From: an uncultured beta proteobacterium | GTDB taxonomy: Bacteria > Pseudomonadota > Gammaproteobacteria > Burkholderiales > Burkholderiaceae_C | Direction of reading: 5' to 3' | Length of the DNA stretch: 64,000 nt | Assembly: GCA_963750815.1 (NCBI GenBank) | Contig: CAVVRS010000002.1 | Coordinates: 381,442-445,441 of the forward strand | In this document: one piece after another, positions 8,903 through 16,388 of the stretch | Numbering within the stretch: position 1 is the first letter of the stretch | Layout of the letters: each line of letters begins with the position of its first letter | Translations under genes and position numbers: made by a program | The notes under the pieces: generated by a model | Told to the model about the DNA's origin: nothing | The model's database searches: none | What the model saw: only the letters and a program-made list of their open reading frames with translations

Positions 8903-10163
8903 TCACTACCTTGTTGCCAGACCCGAATTCGACGCTGGCCCGAAGGTAGCGCGACTTGATTCCTTTTTCCTTCAGGATGTCGTAGACCATTTCGGCCCTG
9001 GTACCGGTAGAACAATGAACTACCGCCAGCTTTCCAGCCGGAATTTCGGCGTAGCGGACTGCCATTTCCTCGGCCGGAATATTCACCGCACCGGGGAAAT
9101 GCGCCTTTGCGAATTCGTCTGCGGTCCTGGCATCAATGACAGCATGTGAAGCCGTAATGACGATTTCCTCAAACTCCTTGATGGATACTTCACCCTCAAC
9201 GAGTTTGCGCACGTAGTTGATTTTCGTTGGCGTCGGACCGACAAGCAGCTGGTTTCCAGCAGCTTGCCAGGCTTTGACACCACCTGGGAATACCGTGGCG
9301 TTGCGATATTCCCATTCCCGCGCCCACTCCATGGCACTGTCCAGATCCTGGTCTCTGTCGGCGTAGAAGACGATAGCGGCGCTGTGGGAGTCAGGAAACT
9401 GCTTTTCTGCACTGCCCATAACCGCTGCCGGGATATTTACTGCACGCGGGATGTAGCCCGCAGCGGCCTTTTCAGGGCTCCTGAGGTCAACCAGAACGAT
9501 GTTGCCGTTCTTGATGAAAGACAGGCTAGCCTCAGTCGCATAGTCGAGCTTCTTCCAGCCGGGTTCACCCTCCGGGTAGACGCGTACATCCTTGAAACCA
9601 AGCTTCACCGCAATGGCGGCTGATTTCGGACTCAGCATGCAAGACAACCCGCCGCAGTAGAACACCAGAGTTTTTGATTTGTCTGTCGGCAATAGCTTCT
9701 CACCCTCTTTTTCCAGTTCGTTGAGGGGGACAGACACCGCTTTCGGCAGGTGCCCCTGGATGTAGCGGCCAGCCGGACGCGAATCGAGCAGCACAAAATT
9801 CTCGCCTCCCTTGTTTACCAGCTCGTGCAGTTCTGCCGACGCAATGCGGGTCGCACCAGCCGGAAGTTGCGCAATAACTTTGGTAACAGTCCTGGCACGG
9901 TTTTCCGGGCCGACTTGAGAAAAATCAACCGTGACCACCTCATCAGGGATGATGTTTTGGGCGGACACTGCATTTTTGAACTGTGTCGCCGCATCGAATT
10001 TGAAAACCAGCACGCCTTTGTTTGCAACCTCGACCGCGATGGTGCTGGCCTGACCGGACACCGCCTTGACGCTTCCGGTTATTTCGTCGGCATTTGCTGC
10101 TTGTGCCAAGCCCAAGCCAAGGGCGATGGCCAGGGCAACACTCGTTAAGTGAAATTTCTTCAT
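8892..10163 (-). CDS. Periplasmic three-domain rhodanese (sulfurtransferase) protein
   Basis: Signal peptide MKKFHLTSVALAIALGLGLAQAANA. Rhodanese repeats 1 and 3 have active-site-like loops (FYCGGLSC and VHCSTGTRAE). The middle repeat has Asp where the catalytic Cys would be (FYADRDQD). Confidence 0.85.
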   Translation of the reverse strand: MKKFHLTSVALAIALGLGLAQAANADEITGSVKAVSGQASTIAVEVANKGVLVFKFDAATQFKNAVSAQNIIPDEVVTVDFSQVGPENRARTVTKVIAQLPAGATRIASAELHELVNKGGENFVLLDSRPAGRYIQGHLPKAVSVPLNELEKEGEKLLPTDKSKTLVFYCGGLSCMLSPKSAAIAVKLGFKDVRVYPEGEPGWKKLDYATEASLSFIKNGNIVLVDLRSPEKAAAGYIPRAVNIPAAVMGSAEKQFPDSHSAAIVFYADRDQDLDSAMEWAREWEYRNATVFPGGVKAWQAAGNQLLVGPTPTKINYVRKLVEGEVSIKEFEEIVITASHAVIDARTADEFAKAHFPGAVNIPAEEMAVRYAEIPAGKLAVVHCSTGTRAEMVYDILKEKGIKSRYLRASVEFGSGNKVVIKE

Positions 10164-10174
10164 GTTGTTTGTGC

Positions 10175-10495
10175 TCAGCAGCCGGCTGTCTTCTTGAAGG
10201 ATTTGCTGGTGTTTTTGCCGTCCTTGTCGAAACGGGCACGGATTTCGTCACCTTCAACAATGCGTTTATCCTTGAATTTGTCCAGGGTCAGATCATCGGT
10301 AACGGTCACAGTAACTGCCTCGCCGGTCTTGGCATCTTTCAAAATGGCGGTAGCGGATTTGCCGTCGGCTGCCAGTTTGATCTTGGTGACGGGACCGACC
10401 ATCTTGCCCTCGTCGGCGGCGGCGTGGCCCGCAAAAGTTGCACACGACACCGCAATTGCGGCAGTCAGGATAAGCGTTGAGAATTTCGATTTCAT
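10175..10495 (-). CDS. Small secreted protein ending in ...KKTAGC-COOH; function unknown
   Basis: Signal peptide MKSKFSTLILTAAIAVSCATFAGHAAA. AGGAG Shine-Dalgarno upstream. Lies 29 nt after the barrel gene and 11 nt before the rhodanese gene. The codon before TGA is TGC (Cys). Confidence 0.65.
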   Translation of the reverse strand: MKSKFSTLILTAAIAVSCATFAGHAAADEGKMVGPVTKIKLAADGKSATAILKDAKTGEAVTVTVTDDLTLDKFKDKRIVEGDEIRARFDKDGKNTSKSFKKTAGC

Positions 10496-10524
10496 TTTTA
10501 ACTCCTAAGAAAATATGTAGTGGT

Positions 10525-12327
10525 TCAGAACTTGACTTCAAATGTGGCGTAAACATTGGTAGCGTCTTCCAGCGGCGTCATCGTCATCATCTGACCATTG
10601 ACGCTATTGATCTCCACCGGTGCGCCAACCCAGTTGTTGCTGCCGGTGTACTTGAAGTTGTAGCGCTGAACACCAAGGCGAAAATAGGCTCGGCTGACAA
10701 ATGACGAGATCGGCATGCGATCGAGTTCCTGGATCATGTAGGCCTCATAGACATCACCACGTGTACCAACCTTCGATGTCCACATGTCGTCGGCGGCCGG
10801 GGCGAAGGTGATCCAGTCCTTGGAGCCATGGTTGTACTCAAAGCCAAGCTTGGTTCTGGATGGCAAGTCGTAGCGTATGCCGAGAGCAACCGCTGTTCCA
10901 GTCTTGCCAGTAGCAGCTTCGGGGCCAAAGAAAGAGCCCGTCATCAACCCCTGAAAGCCGAACTGTGCGGAGACATTGTTGTTCGGATGTGTGCGACTCA
11001 TGCCCCAGTCAGCAAACAGCTGCAGATCGCCGGGTCCAACTTTCTTGAACGTGCTCATGAAACCCAGACCGAGCCAGTCAATGTCGCCCAGATTGGTCCT
11101 GGCTCCGGTATTGCCGAAGTAGGTATTGTTCATGGTCGGTGCGTCAAAAATATTGATGCCACGGTTCCACTGAAACCAGACGCGCAGCGGATCGGTGTCA
11201 ATGGGTATCACCGCCAGACCAATCATGTCGGTATCGGCCAGCGAATTGCCTGGCGCGGCACTAAAGCCGCTCTCAAAGCCGCGGCCATAGCAAATTTTGG
11301 CGTAAGCCCCCGGCAGTGTGTCGAAGTCGGGGGCGTAGCCAACAGTCATACCGTCAAAAGCGTAGTCGACCAGCAACGAAGGCGTGCCACCATTACCAGG
11401 GCGCGGATTGTTCAGGCGCAAATTGCTCGGGGCACCACTGGTCGATGGGCGTCGTCCAACCGACAGCCAGACTTCCTTGTCGGCAATATTGCTCCAGGTG
11501 GCGTAGGCACGGTCGACGTTCAGGTAGCTGTTCGATGGCACGTGACTCAGTGTCCCGTCAAAGACGCCGACACGGTCAGCAAAGAACGGCGCGCTACCGG
11601 CATTGGTGACCGCTGCGTCGTTCTGCGCGCCAAACACTTTGTACATTGCCAAATGCGCGTTGACACTAACGTCTTGCGTCGCCTTGGCGCCAATATCCAG
11701 ACCAAATCGGTTGCTGTACAGGCTGTTGTTCTTCGGCTTGTAGGCCGGTACCGTAGCGGCAAAGGCACCCATCGCCCCGACCATGCCAGCATTCATTGGA
11801 TTGCTCAGGAATGCATTCGCCTGGTCGTAGGTTGCGACCCGGCCCATCGCCTGGGAGAACCCCATCAAACCGGACAGGGCTTGTCCGGTGGTCCAACCGG
11901 GGTTGAGCGACGAAGGCGCTGCGGGATTGGCGAAGAACTCGCTCTGCAGGGTATTTTGCGCATTGGCAAAGGTCGCATTGACGTCGGTGAAGGTTTTGCT
12001 TTGTCCTTCCAGATAGTCGTAGCGGAAGCGGTAGTCGCCGCCCACGGTCAACCACTTGCCGAGCGACTTGTCTTCCAGCTTCTTGACCTGGCCTTTGAGC
12101 TCATCCAGTGCCACGGCCTCAGACTTGCCAGCCACCGCCTTGACCTGCTCGGCTGTCTGAGCCGCCTTTTCCTCGTTTGCCTTGACCTGCTTTTTCAGGG
12201 CTTCAAGCTCGCGCGACATGGACTCGATTTTGTTCATCAGGTCGGCGTCCGCAGCATTGGCGGCGATCGGCAGCAGCAGGCTGGCGATCAGGGCAACCAA
12301 TAGTTTCTTCTTAAACATCTTGTCCAT
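10525..12327 (-). CDS. Outer-membrane beta-barrel protein with an N-terminal coiled coil (DUF3373-like by recollection)
   Basis: Signal peptide ...LLLPIAANA, then a ~70-aa heptad-like region (MNKIESMSRELEALKKQVKANEEKAAQ...VKKLEDK). A long Gly/Tyr/Asn/Phe-rich alternating region follows, and the protein ends in ...YATFEVKF, the terminal Phe being typical of OMPs. AGGAGA Shine-Dalgarno sits before the ATG at 12327. Confidence 0.7.
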   Translation of the reverse strand: MDKMFKKKLLVALIASLLLPIAANAADADLMNKIESMSRELEALKKQVKANEEKAAQTAEQVKAVAGKSEAVALDELKGQVKKLEDKSLGKWLTVGGDYRFRYDYLEGQSKTFTDVNATFANAQNTLQSEFFANPAAPSSLNPGWTTGQALSGLMGFSQAMGRVATYDQANAFLSNPMNAGMVGAMGAFAATVPAYKPKNNSLYSNRFGLDIGAKATQDVSVNAHLAMYKVFGAQNDAAVTNAGSAPFFADRVGVFDGTLSHVPSNSYLNVDRAYATWSNIADKEVWLSVGRRPSTSGAPSNLRLNNPRPGNGGTPSLLVDYAFDGMTVGYAPDFDTLPGAYAKICYGRGFESGFSAAPGNSLADTDMIGLAVIPIDTDPLRVWFQWNRGINIFDAPTMNNTYFGNTGARTNLGDIDWLGLGFMSTFKKVGPGDLQLFADWGMSRTHPNNNVSAQFGFQGLMTGSFFGPEAATGKTGTAVALGIRYDLPSRTKLGFEYNHGSKDWITFAPAADDMWTSKVGTRGDVYEAYMIQELDRMPISSFVSRAYFRLGVQRYNFKYTGSNNWVGAPVEINSVNGQMMTMTPLEDATNVYATFEVKF

Positions 12328-12371
12328 GAATTTCTCCTGGAAACGGTGACGTAAAAATTTGTTCTTTTGCA

Positions 12372-12992
12372 CTAACCGTGCTTGCCGTGCACGGCTTCGT
12401 CACCAAGGTCTTCCCAGCCGGTGATCATGGCCTTGACCTGTGACGTGAGCCTGTGGCCGGTGGTGGCCAGATAAAGGTGCGAGATCAGGAATGCGAGCAT
12501 CAGGAACGCGCCCAGCGTGTGGCCGGTGGCAATCCACTGCAATTGAAGTCTGCCCAGTCCCCATGCCGGCCAGTTGGCATAAAAAAGGTAGAGCCAGCCG
12601 GTAAACCATATCAACGGACTGAGAAGCGTCAGCACCGCCAGATAGGTCAGCCGCTGCAACGGGTTGTGTTTGTTGCTCAGACTGGGCCTGAACGGATGCA
12701 GCTCGTGTTTGAAGATTCCGGACGAATAGTATTTCGCGATTGCAACAACGTTATGCGTCGTCGGAATGTAGTGCCGCCATTCGCCAGTCGTGAGATGCCA
12801 GAAGATGGCGAAAATCCACAACCCGACCAGCGACCAGGCAGCGTTGGTGTGGTAGTTCACTGCCTTTTCGAATCCAAAGAGTTGATATGTGCCGTGGACC
12901 TCAAAGCCGGTCAGCAGCATGAAGATGATCAATACCGCCTGACACCAATGCCAGAAGCGTTCGAAGGGCTTGAAGAGATAGACGCGTGACAT
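12372..12992 (-). CDS. Membrane di-heme cytochrome b (cytochrome b561 / Ni-Fe hydrogenase b-subunit-like)
   Basis: Four predicted TM helices with conserved His residues (FWHWCQAV, FWHLTTGEW, TGHTLGAFLMLAFLISHLY). Start ATG at 12992 with GGAGA Shine-Dalgarno, 13 nt after the cytochrome c stop. Confidence 0.8.
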   Translation of the reverse strand: MSRVYLFKPFERFWHWCQAVLIIFMLLTGFEVHGTYQLFGFEKAVNYHTNAAWSLVGLWIFAIFWHLTTGEWRHYIPTTHNVVAIAKYYSSGIFKHELHPFRPSLSNKHNPLQRLTYLAVLTLLSPLIWFTGWLYLFYANWPAWGLGRLQLQWIATGHTLGAFLMLAFLISHLYLATTGHRLTSQVKAMITGWEDLGDEAVHGKHG

Positions 12993-13005
12993 GAGGATTC
13001 TCCGG

Positions 13006-14607
13006 TTAGCTGTTGCGTTTGCGCGCGATGACGCGGCCGATGCCGTGCCCGAAAGCAAAGAGCAGAGTTAGCATTGCCATAGCCCAGCCGCCAATTTCAA
13101 GCCACTGGGCGTGATCGCGGCTGCGCCCCGGCATGTAGACGCCGTCAATCTTGTCCAGGCGGCTGACTGCGGCGTGACACTCGACACAGCTCAGCGCTTT
13201 TTCCTTTGGAGCCACCATGTGGGTGATCGGCCACATGCTCTCGGTTTCAATGAAGTCAACCTTGCCGGAAAACTTGACGCCACCTGCCGCCATACCCGCA
13301 GTGACGGCTTTCTCCCAATCCAGGTTTTTCCAGAAGGCGGTACCGTCGCTACCTGCCAGATGGGTGATGACCAGCGACTTATTGACGGGATCGTATTGCT
13401 GCTTGCCGCGGAACAGTTTGATTGGCCAGATCATGGACTTGCCGTCACTGGCACTGCCTTCAAAGTGATTGATCTGCGTCGGCTTGTCACCCTTCTCTAT
13501 CTTGTCGCCAACCAGGGTGTACTTGTTGGTGCCGTTGAACCAGACGTAGTCGGGTTTGACATTTTCTTTCCAGACAAAGTTGCCCTTGATGGTCATGTAG
13601 GTGTCGTAGCCGTCCTCATCCTTGATAACCATCGGCTTGCCATCCTTGCCGAGCTTGCCGGCGGTGGACCAGTCCCACGACATCTTGGTCGGGACTCCGC
13701 CACGCGCAAAGGCCGGTATGTGGCAGGTCTGGCAAGCAATTTTTGCCGTGTGCTCATTGAGTCTGACGATCTGGTGCGGTGCTTGTCCATGGCAGGCCTG
13801 GCAGGTGTCCGGATTTGACTTGTTGGCCTCGCCGCGCATGTGAGCCGGCGCTTTGTCTCTGGCAGTGGGGGCATAACGGCTGCCAGAGACCTTGTGATCA
13901 TCGGTCTTATGGCAGGTGGCGCACGAAAAATTCAATCCTTTGGCGTCCATGTGAACGTCTAGCGCTTTATCGGGTGACTCAAGCGAAGTGTCAAGATCGC
14001 CATGCTTGACACCGTCGCCACCACCGCCGTTAAAGTGACAGGCGCCACAGGTTGTGCGCTTGGTCGGCCCCACCTTCTGGGCTATCTCCTTCAGGTTGAT
14101 GCCTCTGACGATCTTGCCAGAGCCAGCCGGGAACTCGGTGTCCTTGGTGACCGGCAGGCCGGCAAATCCGGAAGGTTTCGTGTACTTGCCGGTGTGGTCG
14201 TGACAAACCAGGCAGTCGACATTCTCTTCAACGCTGAAATCAAACTTGTCGTCGCGCCAGCCGTAACCAATGTGGCAACTATTGCAAGCCGCCTCATTGG
14301 ACCTCACCGAAGTGCAGAAATTGTTGACGATGTGCTTCTTACCCAGCACTTGCTTGGTATCCGGATTGACAAACTCCCATTTCCAGTGCTGCGTCTGGTG
14401 GACCTGTTTGGCAGCCTCGGTATGGCAGCTCAGGCAGGCCTTGGTCACCTCAGGGCCGGAGGCAAATTCACGATCAAGCTCCTTGAACTTGCTGTGATCG
14501 GCAGTTGATTTCAGCAACTTGACCGGAGCCGTCACGACCGTGGCCGGAGCCCCCGCGACAAAAAAAATGGCCACCATAGCGGCGGCCATCACATATCGAA
14601 TACGCAT
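13006..14607 (-). CDS. Octaheme c-type cytochrome, tetrathionate-reductase (OTR) family-like, with a C-terminal membrane anchor
   Basis: Eight CxxCH motifs (CLSCH, CNSCH, CLVCH, CGACH, CATCH, CQACH, CQTCH, CVECH). N-terminal signal/anchor, and a C-terminal hydrophobic helix WAMAMLTLLFAFGHGIG. AAGGAA Shine-Dalgarno before the ATG at 14607. Confidence 0.85.
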   Translation of the reverse strand: MRIRYVMAAAMVAIFFVAGAPATVVTAPVKLLKSTADHSKFKELDREFASGPEVTKACLSCHTEAAKQVHQTQHWKWEFVNPDTKQVLGKKHIVNNFCTSVRSNEAACNSCHIGYGWRDDKFDFSVEENVDCLVCHDHTGKYTKPSGFAGLPVTKDTEFPAGSGKIVRGINLKEIAQKVGPTKRTTCGACHFNGGGGDGVKHGDLDTSLESPDKALDVHMDAKGLNFSCATCHKTDDHKVSGSRYAPTARDKAPAHMRGEANKSNPDTCQACHGQAPHQIVRLNEHTAKIACQTCHIPAFARGGVPTKMSWDWSTAGKLGKDGKPMVIKDEDGYDTYMTIKGNFVWKENVKPDYVWFNGTNKYTLVGDKIEKGDKPTQINHFEGSASDGKSMIWPIKLFRGKQQYDPVNKSLVITHLAGSDGTAFWKNLDWEKAVTAGMAAGGVKFSGKVDFIETESMWPITHMVAPKEKALSCVECHAAVSRLDKIDGVYMPGRSRDHAQWLEIGGWAMAMLTLLFAFGHGIGRVIARKRNS

Positions 14608-14703
14608 CACAATTTCCTTCGCTAAACAAGCCGGTACACCTGAGTGCGGCAAGCAGTTACCAGCACTACGGGTTTATCCTATTGCGAGCGGCGAAGGTTT
14701 ATG

Positions 14704-14717
14704 CTGATTTATATCAA
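14704..14717. promoter_or_regulatory. FNR/CRP-family-type box upstream of the cytochrome operon
   Basis: CTGATTTATATCAA matches TTGAT-N4-ATCAA at 13 of 14 positions. It sits in an AT-rich stretch about 100 nt upstream of the octaheme cytochrome start. Confidence 0.4.
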
Positions 14718-14829
14718 TATATTGTTATTTGCTTATTAATAGATTAGAGGTGGGTCTCTAGCACTTCCTGTTTTTCAACGCGATTCGATAGCACTGGCAA
14801 GGCTTGCGGCCCGATGACGTGATTTCTTG

Positions 14830-15165
14830 TCAGAGACTTCCTTTGCTCTCCACCTGCGTGCATACCGCACGACAAAGCGCCGCGACCCGATCATCAATGA
14901 TTCGGTAGAGGATCTGAACGCCTTCACGGCGCTTGCCGAGCACGCCCGCTTTGTAAAGCGTGTTCAGGTGCTGCGACATATTAGGCTGGGTGGTATTTAT
15001 TTTGGTAAGCATATAGCTCACGTTTTGCTCGCCGTCACGCAGACAACTGATGATTTTCAACCGCATTGGCGCGGACATGATTTGAAACAGCTCGGCTGCC
15101 AATTCAAAAACTTCGTCTGGTCGGGCCAGTTCGGAGTGGGGTTCTTTTACGGAAAGCTTTTTCAT
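14830..15165 (-). CDS. ArsR/SmtB family transcriptional regulator (BigR/SqrR-like Cys arrangement)
   Basis: Winged-HTH core SAPMRLKIISCLRDGEQNVSYMLTKINTTQPNMSQHLNTLYKAGVL. Cys in helix 2 (ISCL) plus a C-terminal LCRAVC. Start at MKKLSV (15165). Confidence 0.85.
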   Translation of the reverse strand: MKKLSVKEPHSELARPDEVFELAAELFQIMSAPMRLKIISCLRDGEQNVSYMLTKINTTQPNMSQHLNTLYKAGVLGKRREGVQILYRIIDDRVAALCRAVCTQVESKGSL

Positions 15166-15265
15166 GGAAAGTTGATTTTCTGTGTCGATCCAGCGGCCAT
15201 GAGAATTATTGTGAAGATGCAATTGTGCACTCTGGAGGCCGCCGCCGCTCGCCGGCGACGGACAG

Positions 15266-15640
15266 CTACTCGTCCCGCTTTGCCAATGCCCCAAGTTTGA
15301 CCACCAGGTCCGCCACATACCGATCCACTACAGCGGGTGTGGTCGCATCCGACGTCTGGGCGCGTATCAAGCGCTCCAGCGTCTCCGCCTGAGGTGTTAC
15401 GGTGCCAAAAAAACGCGGCTGACCGGCTACGGCCAGCAACAGGGTTGGAAAATTTTCCACTTCCAGCGGATCCAGCAACTCGGCCTCATCTTCCACGTCA
15501 ATCCAGAGAAATTGCGCCCGGGGGAACAAAGCCCGCACTTGCATGAAGCGACTGCGATAGTCACGGCAAACGCCGCACCACTCGGCGCACAGACAGACGA
15601 CTAACACCGAAGCCGGTGACGCCAGAGGTTCAACATTCAT
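15266..15640 (-). CDS. Thioredoxin-family protein (WCGVC active site)
   Basis: LCAEWCGVCRDY redox motif and a thioredoxin-fold length of 124 aa. Confidence 0.8.
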   Translation of the reverse strand: MNVEPLASPASVLVVCLCAEWCGVCRDYRSRFMQVRALFPRAQFLWIDVEDEAELLDPLEVENFPTLLLAVAGQPRFFGTVTPQAETLERLIRAQTSDATTPAVVDRYVADLVVKLGALAKRDE

Positions 15641-15649
15641 GGGCTGATG

Positions 15650-15680
15650 ATCGCAAAATTCGTTATGTGAATTTTGCGAT
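15650..15680. promoter_or_regulatory. Perfect 12-7-12 inverted repeat; candidate operator of the trx-arsR unit
   Basis: ATCGCAAAATTC-gttatgt-GAATTTTGCGAT begins 10 nt upstream of the thioredoxin start, in the divergent region shared with the hydrolase-sbp-cysTWA operon. Confidence 0.4.
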
Positions 15681-15797
15681 AAACAAATGCGAAATAAGTA
15701 GTTTGAGTTTTAAGTGATGCCCTTCACAATCCCCCGGCAATGCGCAAGCAGCCACGTTCAAGCACCCTTGCTACCCACTATCTGTATTGACTAATCC

Positions 15798-16388
15798 ATG
15801 GTCCCCATCATCATTGTTCCCGGCTGGCGAGATTCCGGCCCCGGCCACTGGCAAAGCCTGTGGGCTGATCAGCTGCCGGGAGCGGTGCGGGTACAGCAGG
15901 ATGACTGGATTGCACCGTCGCGCAGCGCCTGGGTGACGTCGATCGGGCGGACTATCCTCGAACAGCATGGCCCGGTCGTCATCGCCGCACACAGTCTGGG
16001 CTGCATTGCCACCACCCATTTGCCGCCGGAGGCAATTGAACGCATCCTTGGCGCATTGCTGGTCGCACCAGCGGACCCCGAGCGCCGTGGCGTGCTAGCC
16101 GACTTCGCCCCGGTACCCTGCCAGGCGTTGCCGTACCGCAGCATTATTGTGGCCAGCAGCAACGACTCCTATTGCCCGATTCGCACGGCTGGCGCATATG
16201 CCCGGGCCTGGGGATCCGAGTTTGTGCGATTGCAGAATGCCGGACATATCAATCGCGAGGCCGGCTTTGGCGCCTGGCCACTGGGGTTGGCGTTGCTGCA
16301 GTCTCTGACTGGCGACAACCATACCCACCCTGTTTCCAATGTCAACGCTGCCTCCACCCTTTCAACTTCGCTCCTGGAATCCGCATGA
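15798..16388 (+). CDS. RBBP9/YdeN-family alpha/beta serine hydrolase
   Basis: IIIVPGWRDSGPGHWQSLW and the nucleophile elbow AHSLGC. The stop overlaps the sbp ATG (ATGA at 16385-16388). Confidence 0.75.
   Translation: MVPIIIVPGWRDSGPGHWQSLWADQLPGAVRVQQDDWIAPSRSAWVTSIGRTILEQHGPVVIAAHSLGCIATTHLPPEAIERILGALLVAPADPERRGVLADFAPVPCQALPYRSIIVASSNDSYCPIRTAGAYARAWGSEFVRLQNAGHINREAGFGAWPLGLALLQSLTGDNHTHPVSNVNAASTLSTSLLESA

Noticed and set aside
10828-12303. A 491-codon ORF on the plus strand, the longest unassigned ORF in the track
   Set aside because: It is exactly antisense to the outer-membrane barrel gene. Its translation is Arg/Gly/His/Val-rich with no signal peptide, motifs or Shine-Dalgarno. This is a typical shadow ORF of a GC-rich coding region.
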